Assembly: GCA_036172245.1 (NCBI GenBank)
Contig: JAYWIR010000061.1
Location: forward strand, 372,001 to 436,000
Direction of reading: 5' to 3'
DNA from: Raillietiella orientalis
Taxonomy: Eukaryota
DNA length: 64,000 bases
Positions 40,301 to 53,430 of the stretch are shown one piece after another. Numbering within the stretch: position 1 is the first letter of the stretch; each line of letters begins with the position of its first letter. A model generated the notes under the pieces. The model was not told where the DNA came from. It worked only from the letters and a program-made list of their open reading frames with translations, and did no database searches. Both the position numbers and the translations under genes were made by a program.

Positions 40301-42857
40301 AAATTCCTAGCGCAACTGCGTCTGCAGGTCGCTGGACTTCCTCTCCCTCCAGAGGTAACGTCATTTACTGCTTCGTTAAGCGGATCGATAAAAATCCGAA
40401 TGCATGACATCTATGCGCAGGAATTAGACGGGACGAGGAGAGAGGAAAAGAAATCCTGGAGTCCTGGAGGGACAGAGAAAGGACCGCTCGCGCGGTGTTC
40501 GCGGCGAGCTTGGTCTCGGGGACTCTCCGCAGCTGCGGTCGGATCTCCCCCAAGACCTGTGCCTGTCTGGAGATGGGAGACAGAAAGCAGAAACGCGCGT
40601 CAGGGAATGACGGGAGCATGGCCGGCCGTTTCCAGCCGGCCGCCCCGTCTCCGGGACGCTCCGCACTTGGGAAGCGGGGACGCAAAACTCGGCGCGCCGG
40701 AGACCTGAGGACTGGAAGGCGGAAGGATAAGGGGAAGGGCTTTCCCGGAACATCAGCGTAGCGTCGGAAGCCACGGTAGGGAGCCGTTCCGGCGACGGTT
40801 CGTTCCCGCTCCTCGACAGCAGCTGGAGGAGGAGGAATCTCGCAAAAAGGGCCTTTCGAGAAGCAGCAGGAGTGGCGGGACGCTCACCGTGGTGTTCACC
40901 GAATCCCCCTCCTCACCCTTCATCAGACTTTATCCAAAGAAAGCCTAGAGCAAAGGAGTGAAGTCGATCGAGCGCTTGGGAGTGCTCCACAGAAGACTAA
41001 GAACGGTTGGCCAGAGGGAGACAGCCGAAGTCGCGGCTGCTCTCTTTGGGGATGCAGCCCTCTCTTGAAAGGGGAAGCTCGAGACAAAGTGAGGCTTTGC
41101 GAAAGTTCGAGGGAAGGTCTTCAGCGACGTCCTAAGAGCGTGCTCGGGAAGAACCCGAAATCCGGGATGAAGATCGGAGAGCTCTCCTGCGCCCCCACTT
41201 TGGTTTTCGGAAGAAAGACATTTAGAGTTGGCGATAAAACGAGACGCTCTGTGACAAGGAGGAAGCAAACGGATCGCCCCGGAGCGTGCTGCCAAGCGGA
41301 GAAGGTCTGCTGCAATCGTTGCTACCCTTCCTCGAAGCCCTTCCGGAGCTCCAAGGTACCGTCCTGCTGCACTTAGATGAACTCGACCCTCTCGGACACA
41401 TTCGTCCGCTTCGACTCGATCTTCCTAAGATCAGTTTCCTTCTTCCTCGAAATAAGGCGGTAGGTATGCTGAACGTGACCACGCAACACACGGTCATCGT
41501 TCTTCTAGGAAAACCAGTCGCTCTGCAGAGGGTTTAGGAAGAATGCCTTGCGGGATGAAGAAGAAGAAGGGAACGAAGAAGAGGAAGAGAAAGGCGAGGA
41601 AGCAGAAGGGGAAGAGGGAGAGGAAAATTCTAGTTGCGCTCATCTAAAGCAGTTTTCTCGGTTCTTCAGAAAGAGAAAGCAAGCGCGCTAGAGTAAAGTG
41701 GAACGCGAGAAGGAATTTCGCCCGTTGGACTCCAGCAGGTGAAGACAGGTTCCTGCCAGGGTCTCCTCACCCCCATAGAGAAGTGAAGTTCTCTGTCTGG
41801 CACGAGGGATTCAGCAGAACGTCCACGAAAAGGCTGTTGGGCATTCCCTGTCAGCGCTTCTTCTTCCCGACTTGGCCGCGCGGGGCGTCGCCAACTCGAA
41901 AACTTTTGGATGCAGCCGACCTGTGAACTTTTCCGCGCCCTAATGGAAGCGAGTGCCGCACTTCCCGGGAAGAAACTTTCGCCATTTTCCGAGCAGACGT
42001 CTCCGTCCATCGCCAGAAGATGACGGTAGGGGAACTGCGGGAGGACGACGATAAGAGAGTGATGAATTATGGAAGGCTCCGAAGCAGCGAGCGTGGTTGC
42101 GAGGAGGCCGACGTGCTTGGAGTTGCGCCGAAGGAGGAAGGATGTGGGGCTGCTTTTTCCTGATACGCGGCTCCGTCGGAAGCCGATCGGGAGCTCTTGT
42201 TCGGGAATTTTTGCGCTCCTCGGCGATCGCTGATGATGGGAAGCAGAGTGCGGATCTTTGACGGCAAGCATGCGGCGGCGGAGATCACCTGGTGCCTGCT
42301 CATAGAAACAGTCGTCCTTGCGAATGTTTGCGGGTGACATGTGTGGGGGAGGAAGAGTGTGGAAGGACCCGAGGTTTTCCAAGAAACGAGTTCCAGTTTT
42401 TTTTTTCTTCCCTTCCTTACGCTGCGGCTGAAGGATGCGGCACAAGGAACCCCCAAACCGACCGCAGTCACCCCCTCAAAGCATTTCCGAACTTTTTTCT
42501 CGTTGTTTCCCGAAGATCGGCGTGACCTTCTCCAAGCTGCTCGCCACCTCCAGTTCTCTGCACCCTGCGCGACGTCACATGGGACCAGTGTTTACGCCTC
42601 GCCATTTTCCTGGAGGTGCTCACGCCCCGCCATCCGTCTCCTCATTCGTATGGAGACCCATTCTGTCGTCACGTTTTCTGTTGCTCTCGCCGGCGTGGCC
42701 GTTCGCAAGGTTGTGCTGGCAAGCGAAACGGCCGCTCGGGAGAGCCGGATGAAGAGATGGTCTCCATGGAGAGGAAATGCCGAAGAAAGGAGGAGGGAGG
42801 AAAGGAAGGGGGTGAGTGGGAGAGAGGGAACGAGAGAGAAAAAAATAAACAAGATAC

Positions 42858-42987
42858 CTCATATCACCATATCCCACGGTAGTCATGGTGACGACTGCCC
42901 ACCAGAAAGCATCAGGAATGGATTTGAAGTAGGATTTCTCAGTACCAGCTTCCGCAAAATACACCGCGCTGGAGAAGAGAACAACCC
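42858..42987 (-). CDS. Sh: Shaker Kv1 exon: end of S5, turret, pore helix and selectivity filter
   Basis: tttttcttag|GG GTT... encodes [42 protein letters not shown], then AG|gtatct. 130 bp, phases 1/2. Confidence 0.97.
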
Positions 42988-44486
42988 CTAAGAAAAACAT
43001 AGAGAGAATGATGAAGCCTTCTGCTGGTCGGGAAGGGGGACGACGCTCGGGTGCGAGGCCGGAAGATCGGCGTGCGCACCGTCTCGAGGGGGTACGCGCG
43101 ACAAGGTGGCTTGCGGAAGCGTCTGTCGAATGGATCGAAGAGCAGCAACCGTGTAGCAGCAGCACTAGCGGCAGCGCAATCAACCGCCGACTGCATTCCT
43201 GGTGCAGCAGCGAGGGAGCAACAAGATGACCACAGGGAATGAAGAGACCCCGTAGCCACAGCGATGGCGAAGGTGACGGTAACGACGGCAGCGGAAGAGG
43301 ACCAAGTGACGATCCAAGCCGCATCGACTGGTGTTCTGAGCAGCAGCAACGATAATACTCGTTGTTGGAGGTCACCATGGAACGGTGGATCGACATCCCT
43401 GCGAAGAGGGTCGGTTACTCCCGAAGCCGCCTCCTCTCTCGTCACAGCGCTCTGCGGAGCAGCAGGAAGGATCCGACTTGCGCGGTGGACAACCAACCTT
43501 CCCGTCAAGAGGGAAATGATGACGCACGTTTTCGGAGGGAAAAGCCCACCGGAACCTGCCCAACTGAGTGTAGGCAGAAAAGAGGGATCCGGAGGAAGGA
43601 ACCGTTTCATCTCGAGTAGGGACGTCTGGTGGTTCCCGGCGGGAAGCCATCCGTCTAGAGCTCTCGGGGATACAGCATGGGAAGAAAGGGACAGTGATGT
43701 GTGTGTGCGGAGGGGGAGGGAGAGGATTGATGAGAAGCTGCCTGCTTGTTCTGAGGCCACAGATGCATCCCTGAGAAATGGCGTCCCGTCATCCCCGCTC
43801 CGCCCGGGAGAAAGAATAATGTGTCGGGAAGGTGGCTGAGGGCCACTGACGCGAGTCTGGAGACCCCCGAGCGAGGACTCCGACCAGATGCAGGCGGGCA
43901 AAAGAATCTTGAGGTGGAAACCTCTCCCGTGGGAACCGATATGCCTGGGGTCGACTCGGCCCTCTCTTCTTCGAGGAACCGCCTCTGGAATGCGCATCCC
44001 TTCCCGAGCGCGTCGAGAAGGGCGCTCGGACGACCTCCTCGCTTACTTGGAGGATCTTCGCGGGCGTCGCATAGCACAGGATTATCCCTTCTCCCCTCCT
44101 CTTCTTCCCTGTTTTCCCGAGAGAAGGAAGGGGGAGGAGAAGGAAATGCTATCATAAAGGAAGCTGGCATCTTCACGGTCACCCACGACACCTTGAAGGC
44201 CACCACCGTCCTTCCGTCGACAGTCTTTGGCTTCTGTGGCTTCGGCTTCAGCGGGAAGTGGCCAGCCGTCTGGAAGGCCGGGACCAGGTCCTCCGTGAGA
44301 AGAGACCACAGGGGATCCACGGCCGTTTCCCAGCTGCTCGCCTTGGTTCCGGAGAGAGTGGTTTCTTCCTACGGGTGGCCTCTCAGCTCCTCTTCAGCGT
44401 GCCTTGAATGCCAACACCTCCGAAAAAGGAAAAATAACGGGACGAGAGATAGTGGCAAGTCAGGATGCGCCGAAGGACATAAGGGG

Positions 44487-46120
44487 ACCGTTGCCAGCAG
44501 ATGCTCATCGCCGGACCCGCACTTCGCTCGCAGCACCAAGCGTTGCGGGTTCGAATCCCGCCCAGAGAAGGGACGACGCCAAGAAATGAGTGCATCGTGG
44601 GTGGTCCCCGCAAGACGACACTGGTTGGTCTTATAGGTGCGGCACTGATGGGAGACAGATGTCTCATTGAGTGGCTCGGATTGGAAATGGACTTTCCTGA
44701 GTCCTCCCAGGACATCAAGGACCCCTCCAGTTACGCAAATGAAGCTGTCCCCCCACCCGTGGGGGGTATCCTCTATCCTGTACCATGGGGCTGGTTGATA
44801 CCCATTTGGGGGTCTGCCACTCCAGAGTGTCAGAAGCGCACTGCTTCCTTCGGGGTCCACTTCAGGGAGGGATCCCTTCCGGCTTCCCTTCGGAGAAGAA
44901 ATGAAGGGAGGCTCCCACAAACCGGGGACCCCTCCAGAGAACGAAGAAGAGGTTTCCTTCGGGGTTTTCTCCCAAACGGACTCCTTCCTTCGGAGCCCTT
45001 GCTGGATTTATAGGGTGGTCCTCACGGAGTTACCTCCTAGCTTGAAGAGTTGGGGGAGGTAACCCTAAAGGTAGATGCGAAGGTGGCTCGCGAGAAGAAT
45101 ACATGCCCTTCGTCATTCTTCTCAGACAGAGGGGAGCAGCACGTCTTCCCTCGAAGCGCAGACCCAACCGAAACGCACCCACGCAAGGTGCGCAGGTGCG
45201 AGTTTCCGGGGTTTCTTCCGAAAGCACCCTTGAAAGGACTGGACCTTTCTCCTCTTGACTTCCTCTTGGTTCTCTCTTGAGATCGAGGTCTTGAGATGTG
45301 AGCTAGACCGCGAAGGCATCCGGGAACCGAGTCCTCCAATCCTCAGAGAACTATTCCCGCCGGTTGCAGGGTCTTTACGACAAGGAGAAGGGTAGCGAGA
45401 CACTCCACGCACACCTCCTACGAGAGGGCATCCTGTCAGCTTCCCCTTCCGGGCCGGACCTCCCTCCTCTTGACTTCGTGGGTTCTCAGGAACAAACAGG
45501 CGGCAACCATCCCGGCGGAATTGTCGAGTCCGTCCGAGAGGGGAAACTTTTCGATTCTGGACTCGCTTACGGCAAAAAATACATCTCTCCTGATGGAATT
45601 TTTGCCTTGCTCCCTCGTCCTATCCGTCTCTTCCCGGAAGATGTTTGCACCAGGGGATGCTCTCGTGTAGAGGGATATATAGGGAGCACTCCAGATCGGT
45701 TCACAGGGCAACAGGAGGAAAGTGGAGATTTTTTAAAAAACCTACTCATCCCCCTAGCTCGGGGGGTTCGATCCTTGGAAATAACAAAAACCTGCGAATA
45801 AGCTGGCAATCTTGCAGCCAGAGGCAAAGTGCCAGCGCAGCTTGATTTGACGCGGCAGTTCGATTTGACCCTTGCACGAGGAGGTACGGGCAGATTCAGG
45901 GGAAACCGGGATGCCCAATGCAATCAGTTTCGATCTAGCAGGTGATACCTGGAGGAGCCGAGAAACGGCCAAGAGAGCCAGCAGTCTGCATGAGAGGTCC
46001 AGGAGATCGGTTCCAGGGAACAGCACCTTTCTTCACGTGACCTCGCGGCAGTGTGGAATTTCGAGGGACGACTGGAAGGAAGGTGGAACGATCTCAGAGG
46101 TTGCAGCGTGAGAGAAATGG
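44487..46120 (+). mobile_element. LINE 5' portion (I/Nimb-like): structured leader with tRNA-like T-arm plus decayed gag-like ORF1 (copy A)
   Basis: 44539-44563 is identical (25 nt) to 61935-61959 and homology continues for ~350 nt. Downstream are ORF1-like remnants (ORF 45364..45801) and eroded zinc knuckles (QCNQF, RETAKRASSLHE, HVTSRQC at ~45915-46055). Confidence 0.55.
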
Positions 46121-46129
46121 CGAAGTCGG

Positions 46130-48950
46130 GATGCGCTTCGCATGACAACTGGCGAGTCCGTATGACGTGTTTCCTTTTCCCGTGCTTGTGGTCCAGACGT
46201 GGGGCCTTCGGAGGCACACTCTAGAGTTGACCAGAGGTCGAAGCCTTCCTTGTCCATCCACAGAAACCGGAACGGCTAACGTTTATGCTGTGCAATCGGG
46301 GGCAGAGCTGAGTTCAAGGTTTTGGCCGCTTGGTGCATAGCCGAGCCAGGAACAGATGCCTCATGAGCAAAGGACTTGGAGGTCAGAGGAACAAGCGAAT
46401 CCCTCAAAGTGGAACGGGAGAAACGAATCTGGCGGAGGGTCATCGCTCAACAAGGGTTCTTCCGGAAGCAGCCCTCCCAAAGAACCCATAGAGCAGGCAC
46501 TTGGAAGCCAAGAGCCTGCCCGGACGGATCCGAAGGACCTCGGTCCTCGTGGGTGACCGAGGGAGATGGTTCTGGCTTGCCCTGCGGCCATTTAGAAAAC
46601 GGAGCGACGTGGCACATCCTCGAGGAACCAATGTGGGCGGAATGACCTCCGTCTTCCCGGATTCCCGCCCCTGTGAATCCGCTTTTTTTCTGCAGGCAGC
46701 AGAAGAGCCGGCGTTCTTGTAGGGAGGAGGTGCAAACGAACCTTCCCGCGTGCCTCTTCGCTTCCTTTCTTCTCAGCTGCGCTGATCAGCCACAGTCTCC
46801 CCACATTCCATCATCCAAACAACAAGCGCGTCCATTCTCCCACGGGCGCCCATGTGGATCTCTGACACCCGTCAGGAGCGCATCCCATGAGAAGACCGGC
46901 TCGCCCACCGGCGGGGAGCTTCCGGAAAACGAAAGCTCCAAGAGTCATTCTTAGAGATGCCATAGTGATGGAAAGTTCGAGTCACGCCGCTCTACGGTCA
47001 GGTCACTCAACGACTCCAGTTTTGCTTAGACCAATGCAAATGGCTGCACTGGATGGTGAAGCATCCCCTTTGAGATGTCGTGGGTGATGAGAGACCGTGC
47101 TTGCTATGGAGACTCGTCGGAGTTCCGGAAACCAAGGGCAGGGAACCAAGCCGAAAGAGGACCTAAGCAGGAGGTGGGGTAGAGAGATCGCTCAGACCTG
47201 GGAGCCGTTTCCAGACGCATTGGAAGCCTCAAGAGTTTTATCTTCAGTCTCCCAACACCGGCAACACCAACACGGGCCGATAGCGGCAACCCCGCGTCCC
47301 TTGGGGCAAATACCTTCTGGGAACTTAGTGCATCCGGAAACGGTAGCCAGGGTAACCGTGCTTCTAGCAGGAGGAGGGCCGAGAGCTCGGTGGACAACCT
47401 CAGCATAGGTCGACTCCTTCATGAACACCCCAAAAAGGAGGAAACTACTTGCTGGTCTTTCCAAGGTGGTCACCCGCGTAGAGGAAAAAAAAAATCGAGC
47501 ACCTCTTTCCGTCTGAGGTCACCAGCAGACGGATCTTTTCGAATTGGTGGGAAGGGAGAAAGGAAGGGGAAGAATCACAAAGCGGGATGACGTTCCGAGT
47601 TTCACGTAGGACAACAGGAGGAGATAGAAGTCCATTCTGAAGATTTTCCCCTCTCTCCTCCGGGTCATCCCCTTCGGGGGGACTTCATGGCGCTCTGGAT
47701 ACCGAGAGGCCGCCCCAAGCTCTAGTCCGAAGGAGATACAGCGACAAGGCGAGAGTCCCCCTGTGTTCCAAGAGTTCGCTGCCAGCACAGCTCCCATCTT
47801 GCCAATCCTCTAGAGGACGGTGACTCCTCATTTCGGGAAGAGCCGACGGATCTTCCGGTCGTTGTCGTCGTCCCTCTCATCCCGCTTCTCTTTCACATTC
47901 TCCGGTTTCTCGGCATTTCCCGTCTTCGTTTCTGGTGCCCTGGCGATGAGATGAGCTTGCAGATGCCGGCGAGCGTCTTCGTGAGGAAGCGCTCATAAGG
48001 GGCAGGAACCACCCACCTCTATCCCCCACAGGCAAAACGCAAAAGAAGGCTTTCGGTTCCCCACTGGCAGGTCCATAGCTCCGCCTTCGTGGGAAATGCT
48101 TTCGAACAGGCACGCCTTCCACCAAGAGGGCACAGCGGACACCAGTTCAAACTGGTTCCATCTTCCGGGAGCCCCTGCAGTGCCTCCCTCCTCTTCCCTG
48201 CTCTTGAAACCGCGCTGTTCCCTCCTTCCCGCTCTCTCGGTCTCCAGTGGCTCCTGACGTGTCTATTGATCGATTTTCTTCGTCGCTTTGAGAAAAACCA
48301 ACGTCTTTGTCCCGCCTGCCTCCTCCTCGCAGCCTCCGGATCCTGCTCCCGGATTCCTAAGACACCGCGTGGATTGCAGCATCCACTGCCCTTCATCTTC
48401 CATCCTTTTTTAGGGAGGGATACCGTCGGTTCGAAGTCCTCCTGATACTCTCCTCTCCCGAGCCAACCATTGTGGATGTCTCTGCTGTCGCTCGACTTGC
48501 CAGAATTCCGGAGTGCCAGTAGCCTCCACCTGGAGCGCGCGCTCTGCTTTCTCGCCTCCTGCTCATCCGCGAGCTGCTCTCCGCCCTCCTCCATCGACGT
48601 TCGCGCCCGTCCGTCTCGCTTGAGGTCTCCGAAAGAGGGTCACGCCCTTCTAAGGAGGCTTCCATTGAGCCGAAGCAATGAAGCTGCCGCGTTCCATCCG
48701 AAAGCCGGAGGTGCGCGTATTGCGGAGACGAGCCACGGAGGGACTGCTCTTGTGCGTAGTAATACTCATGTTAGCGAAGTGTTTGCGCCGCGTTTCGAAC
48801 CCACTTCCATACGATACCTGCGCCGTGGATGCTGTTGCACTCGAAGGTGTTGTCCACGGTGCTCGACTCACACCCCGTACAAGCAGGTCGAGAAGGGAGG
48901 CCACCGAGAGACGCAGGTGTGGATGCTGAATGCCGATCCCCTCTGCAGAG
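46130..48950 (-). mobile_element. LINE 5' portion on the minus strand: structured leader, decayed ORF1 and AP-endonuclease (copy C)
   Basis: Hairpin-rich leader at ~48600-48950. ORF1-like TVTLATVSGCTKFPEGI...GPCWCCRCW (ORF 47192..47473). Endonuclease start WNVGRL (~46790-46810) and CCLQK (~46685-46700). Confidence 0.5.
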
Positions 48951-49599
48951 GCCCATTGTTTCCCGGTCAGGGAGCGGTCGCATTTCCCGTATTTCTCTTT
49001 GGTTCATTAGGGAAAGCATAGATTTCTGGTAGGGTGAACGAGTCGTTTTTCTTCCCATAAGGATCGGCGAGGGTGCTGGACATCCCTCTCGGAGGGAACC
49101 CTCGCTTTTGATGCAGGCTTCAACTTTCCGGCTGCGCGATAACGTAGCGTCAAGTGGCACCCTGCCATCTTAGACCGTGACATGCGGAAGCAGGGTGCCC
49201 TACGCTGTCCCTTCAAGACGACTCCTTTCGAGTGGTACACAACTGGATTCAGCAACGATGTCTTCTTTTCGTCATAAGAAAAGAAGTTCCAAGAAGAAAA
49301 GTGGGAGAAAAAGTGAAAGAAGTGGAAGAAGAAGAGAAAGAAATAAGTGGAAATAGGAGAAGAGGAACAGGAATTAAGGAGAAGAGGAAGAAGAAGATTG
49401 TATTTGAGAGTTGCGTGCGGTTTATGCTGCATTGGAATAATGAATGAAATGGAATTTCGAAAAAACAACGAGGTTCTAAGACGGTCATCATCACTGCTTG
49501 ATTGTGGTGATCGTTGATTCCGAAACCGAAAGAGGCAGACTCTCCCTAACAAATGGAACCCATCCCCTCAAACTTGTCGGTGTTCCGCTTGGCACTGCT

Positions 49600-50500
49600 T
49601 CGAAGCCACATGCAGAGCAGCCCGTTCATTTTCTGAAGGATGCTCCGGAATTTCCGGATGCGGATTCAGCAACGGCCTCACCCTTAGGTGTGCAGGCTGA
49701 GGAAGCCGGGAACGGTTGTTCCTGGGACGCAGCGCGCGTCTCCGTTACGTGCTGGCCTTGAGAGAGGCGTTTCCTCGCACACCCAGGAGGGGAGGTTGTC
49801 GGTGCGGAACCGACAGACGGCACTCCCAGCATCTGGGTTGCCGACGCGAGAGCTCGTTGCTGCGAGGAGGGTGCAGGGAAGGCGGTTGCACGGATGGCGG
49901 AAGAAAGGTCTGTAGTGCTCACGAGTGCTTTACCGCCGAGGTGCACAGAAGTGCCAAGTGGGCGCAACGCGCACATCGGTGCCGGTTGCACTCTCTCAGC
50001 ACAGGAGCGTCACGCAGCACCTGCACACCGCCGTCGTCGCCGCGTTCAGGAACGCTCGGCCTTTATCGACGGGAGCAGCACGAAGCCCGGCATGCTGCTC
50101 ACCCTCCATGGAGCCTTTTGCACGGGAGACGCCAGCGCTTAGGACACTCAGTGGCACTTATCCCTCGAGGGAGTGGGCTGCCAGAGCGTGCATGAGCTGC
50201 GCATGCGGGGTGGTGCGCGTGACTGGGGCGGAGAGCAAGGCGAACAGAAAGACGCGCATGCGCTCCAGGAGCGTGGAACTAACAGAGAGACGCACCTTCC
50301 TCGGCGCTTGTGATGGTGAGCGACGCCGTCTGCGTTTTCAGCGTCCACCCCTGATCGTCCCTGCGTGCCTTCACGTAGCCATGGAAGCTGAGCATGCTCT
50401 GAGTCTCGCACCCTGCTTTCGGCGCGCGGCATCGCGATCGACCTGCACGCCGAAACGTAGGGAGCTGGGGTTGGGCGGAGTGAAGACTCTCTCACGAAGT
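49600..50500 (-). pseudogene. Decayed ankyrin-repeat coding remnant
   Basis: Minus-strand fragments GVDAENADG, TLLER, TTPHA, VDKGRAFLNAATT, GTSVHL and CARKRLSQGQHV resemble ankyrin consensus pieces. There is an internal repeat at 50007-50030 vs 50429-50452. No continuous frame. Confidence 0.4.
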
Positions 50501-51639
50501 GGCTGCTGCTGGAGCCCTCGACTCTCGCGTGACCATTAGCCGGGAGCTCCGCACCCACTCTGGTCCCGTCTCGATGGTGGGCTCTGGAACGAGGAGGAGG
50601 AGGAGGGGAACGAAGTAGGTTGGTATTTTTTCCTTGTCCCTGAGGCATCGATCCGCTCAGTCACCGCGCTCAGCAGCTTTCAAAGGCGGTGGGGTTGGGT
50701 GGGGTTACATCCAGCCGCCCCACTGCTTTTCGGAGACGCTCGCCTTTCCCTTGCAAATTTCCCAACTCGGGGATACAAGGACCGTGGCAACCCCACGCAG
50801 CACAGTGCTCTCGGAGATCCCTTCCCACACGGCGTGTCGTGGTGGGCATTCCCCATTCGAACCCACATTTATAGGTGTGTTCGTGAAGGCGGGTGAAGCA
50901 GGACGCGGAATAAGTAATGGCTTTCAAGCTGGGCCAGTCCGGGTACGTGGGAATTAGGACGTCCGGTGCTCCCCTTTGACAAGAACCACTTCCAGCTTTC
51001 CCATTTTTTGTAGAGTTAGCATAAGGCTCCAGGTGGCCAAGGTTTTCCCTCCTCCTTTCCTCTTCCCTTCTTCCTCGATCTCCTTTCTTCCTTCTCCTTC
51101 ATTTCTGCTCCTCCTCCCCCCCTTTTCCCCCTCCTCCTTCCCTCGTTCTCTTCAAACGCTCGTTTCTGGCTTCCAGAAAGAAGAAGGAGCACACCTCCCG
51201 ACTCCTGCAAATAGAGACGGCGCCAGTCGCATTGGGCCTCCAGCCGGAAGAGCCACGCCGCCTCTTCCGGAAATTCCAGAACAGGAAAAAAACCGCTGGT
51301 GACACCGCTCTCCCGATCATCAGTGGGGTCTGTTGCCACTGTTGCCGGAGCTCGAGTCTCGGCCTCCTCGGGACGAGGGGAGGCGGTAGCGCACCCTTTT
51401 CTACCTGGCCGGACTCCGCTCTCAGTCGCCTCTCGGCCCTCCCGGAGGTGCTGGAAGCGACCGCGACTCTCCTTGCTCAGGCGGATGGCCAAGAAGCGGA
51501 AGGGGCGCAAGCCCTCTCCTGAGTCCTTGAAGCCGCAGAAGGTGAGCAGCCATGGCTGCCGCCGGCGCACCCGCGGCACCGAGGGCGCGGAGAATCTGAC
51601 GCGGTCCCTATGTTAGGGAGAGCTGGGTTGGAATCTCAA

Positions 51640-52250
51640 TGATCAGAGTCCGTAGGTTGGACAGGGAAGATACGCGTGCCCACTCCCATCCATCCACCTT
51701 GTGAATTCGAGGGTCCCCAGGGGTGCTCGGAAGTGTCTTCGGAACGCATGCGCTTGAGGGGTCTCACCCCTCTCCACCGACAGTGGAGGCGTCCTCCCGT
51801 CGGCTGAAAGTAGGGAAGAAGAGAAGGAAAGGAGTCGCTTCCCTCCCCGCACGATAGTGTCTCGCCTACTTGGAGGGCTCTCCCTTTTCGTGGGTCTCTT
51901 CGCACGGAAGGGAGGCTTCGCTTCGACCAATTAGGGAGTCGCGCGCTCCACACCTCCGTGGAGACCCTTCGACATCGCTCACATTCCTATGGAGTCGTTA
52001 CTATCCTTCCCCCTCGTGGAGGTCCCACTGGACCCCCGAGAGCGCGCATGCTCATCCACCTGGACCCACGACATTTTCAGAGGAGGATCTCGAGGAGTCA
52101 AGCCAAAATTCGCCACGCATGTGCTTACTCAGAGGGCTGGTTGGATGCGAGACCCCTACTAGGTGTCCCGTGGAGCCTAGTAGGGATCCTGAAGGCAGTA
52201 GCTCGACCGTAGAGTCCAGCGAAGCAGTCCGGCTCGTCTTGAGGGAGAAG
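51640..52250 (-). mobile_element. Decayed LINE reverse-transcriptase fragment
   Basis: LPSGSLLGS (PQGSxLGP-like, ~52170-52200) and PLGTLEFTRWMDGSGH (YLG...W..H-like, ~51680-51725). Confidence 0.3.
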
Positions 52251-53430
52251 CGCTCCCTCGGCGAGACGCCACCTGACCACCGACCTACGCTGGCTGACCG
52301 ATGGCGCGGTCGAACCGCAGCAGTGGGAAAGAAAAACACGCAATTGCTGCTCATTCCCAGCTTTCTCTCAGGACCCTCGCAAAGCCCTTCCCATGGGCAC
52401 ACAACAAAGGGACGGGGAAACCGGGAAAAACGGACGAAGAAGGGGGGGAGAAGCCGAAAGGGTGGGGGAGGAGCGAAGAGAGATCTGAGGTCAAAGGAGG
52501 TGAGCTCGCAGCTGGGAGTCAGTTGGATGCCGAGAAGGGTGATCACCGGAAGGGGAAAGGGGAGGGACAGGTTCCCTATGCGGACATCCAGGAAGTGAGT
52601 CATCACCGGCCTTCCGTGAATCTCCCGATCGCGCGCGGAGAAAAATTCGACTGATCGCGCGAGGAGGCTCTGTTCCCGGAAAGAGACTCCCCCTCCCTCT
52701 TCCTTCTCCTTCACGAACATCTCTCTTTGCACCCATCATCGGCCTCTTCAGCTCTCCTACGCGGTCACACACACGCTACCGAGAGTTCGCCGCTCCTCGG
52801 AGACGCCTCTCTCGTTCCGGGTTCCCGTCCTGTGAGGAGGCGGGGGAGGGAAAAGGGGAGAAGAGAAGTGCGATTCCTACGGCCTCCGGGAAGACGGGAA
52901 GGCTCTTGGAAGCTCGCTGGCCGATGCCGCCTCTCCCCCGTTCGGGGGTGACGCTGGCACCGCATGGCTCGAGGGAAGACCGATCATCAGGGTAGGGTCG
53001 AGAGGCAGAGGGGAACAGGGGGCTGCTCTCCCTGAGGGTGCTGTTTGGTCGGATCCTCAGCAGCGGGGAGAGGAGCTGGGGGTCCGAATGTTGCATCTCC
53101 GGACGAGAGGCTTCGTCCGAGAGAAAACTGGCGTTCTTCCGGCGGAGAGGGCAGCATTGCGGAAGGGGAGGGGGAGGTGACTTCGACTGTGGAAGAACAA
53201 CGGAGGGAAGACGACAGTCAAGGGGAAAAAGAGCTGATGCTGTCCGGGCACCTCAATCCTGGCTCACCAGAACGGGAGGATGGGGTGATGGCAGTGGTGG
53301 AAGAACGTGGCGGCCGGTCCTTGAACGCGGGGCTTCGCGTCCGGGTCGCTACCGCCGCGGAATCGGAAAGCGCCACTGTCCACCCACCCTCCCGGAGCCC
53401 GCGGTCGGCTCCACTGTTTTCGGGACTCAC

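Noticed and set aside
40900..40935. CTGATGA hammerhead core candidates (also 4191, ~51315, ~52985)
   Set aside because: None has a stem II followed by GAAA and a closing stem III.
42600..42990. Editing-complementary sequence for the pore exon (gtcgtcac at ~42665 vs exon gtgacgac)
   Set aside because: Only ~8 bp of complementarity, not distinguishable from chance without folding or editing data.
44545..44561. tRNA gene (also 61941-61957)
   Set aside because: Only a T-arm/B-box is present. There is no acceptor stem, D-arm or anticodon arm forming a cloverleaf, and it is embedded in a longer repeat.
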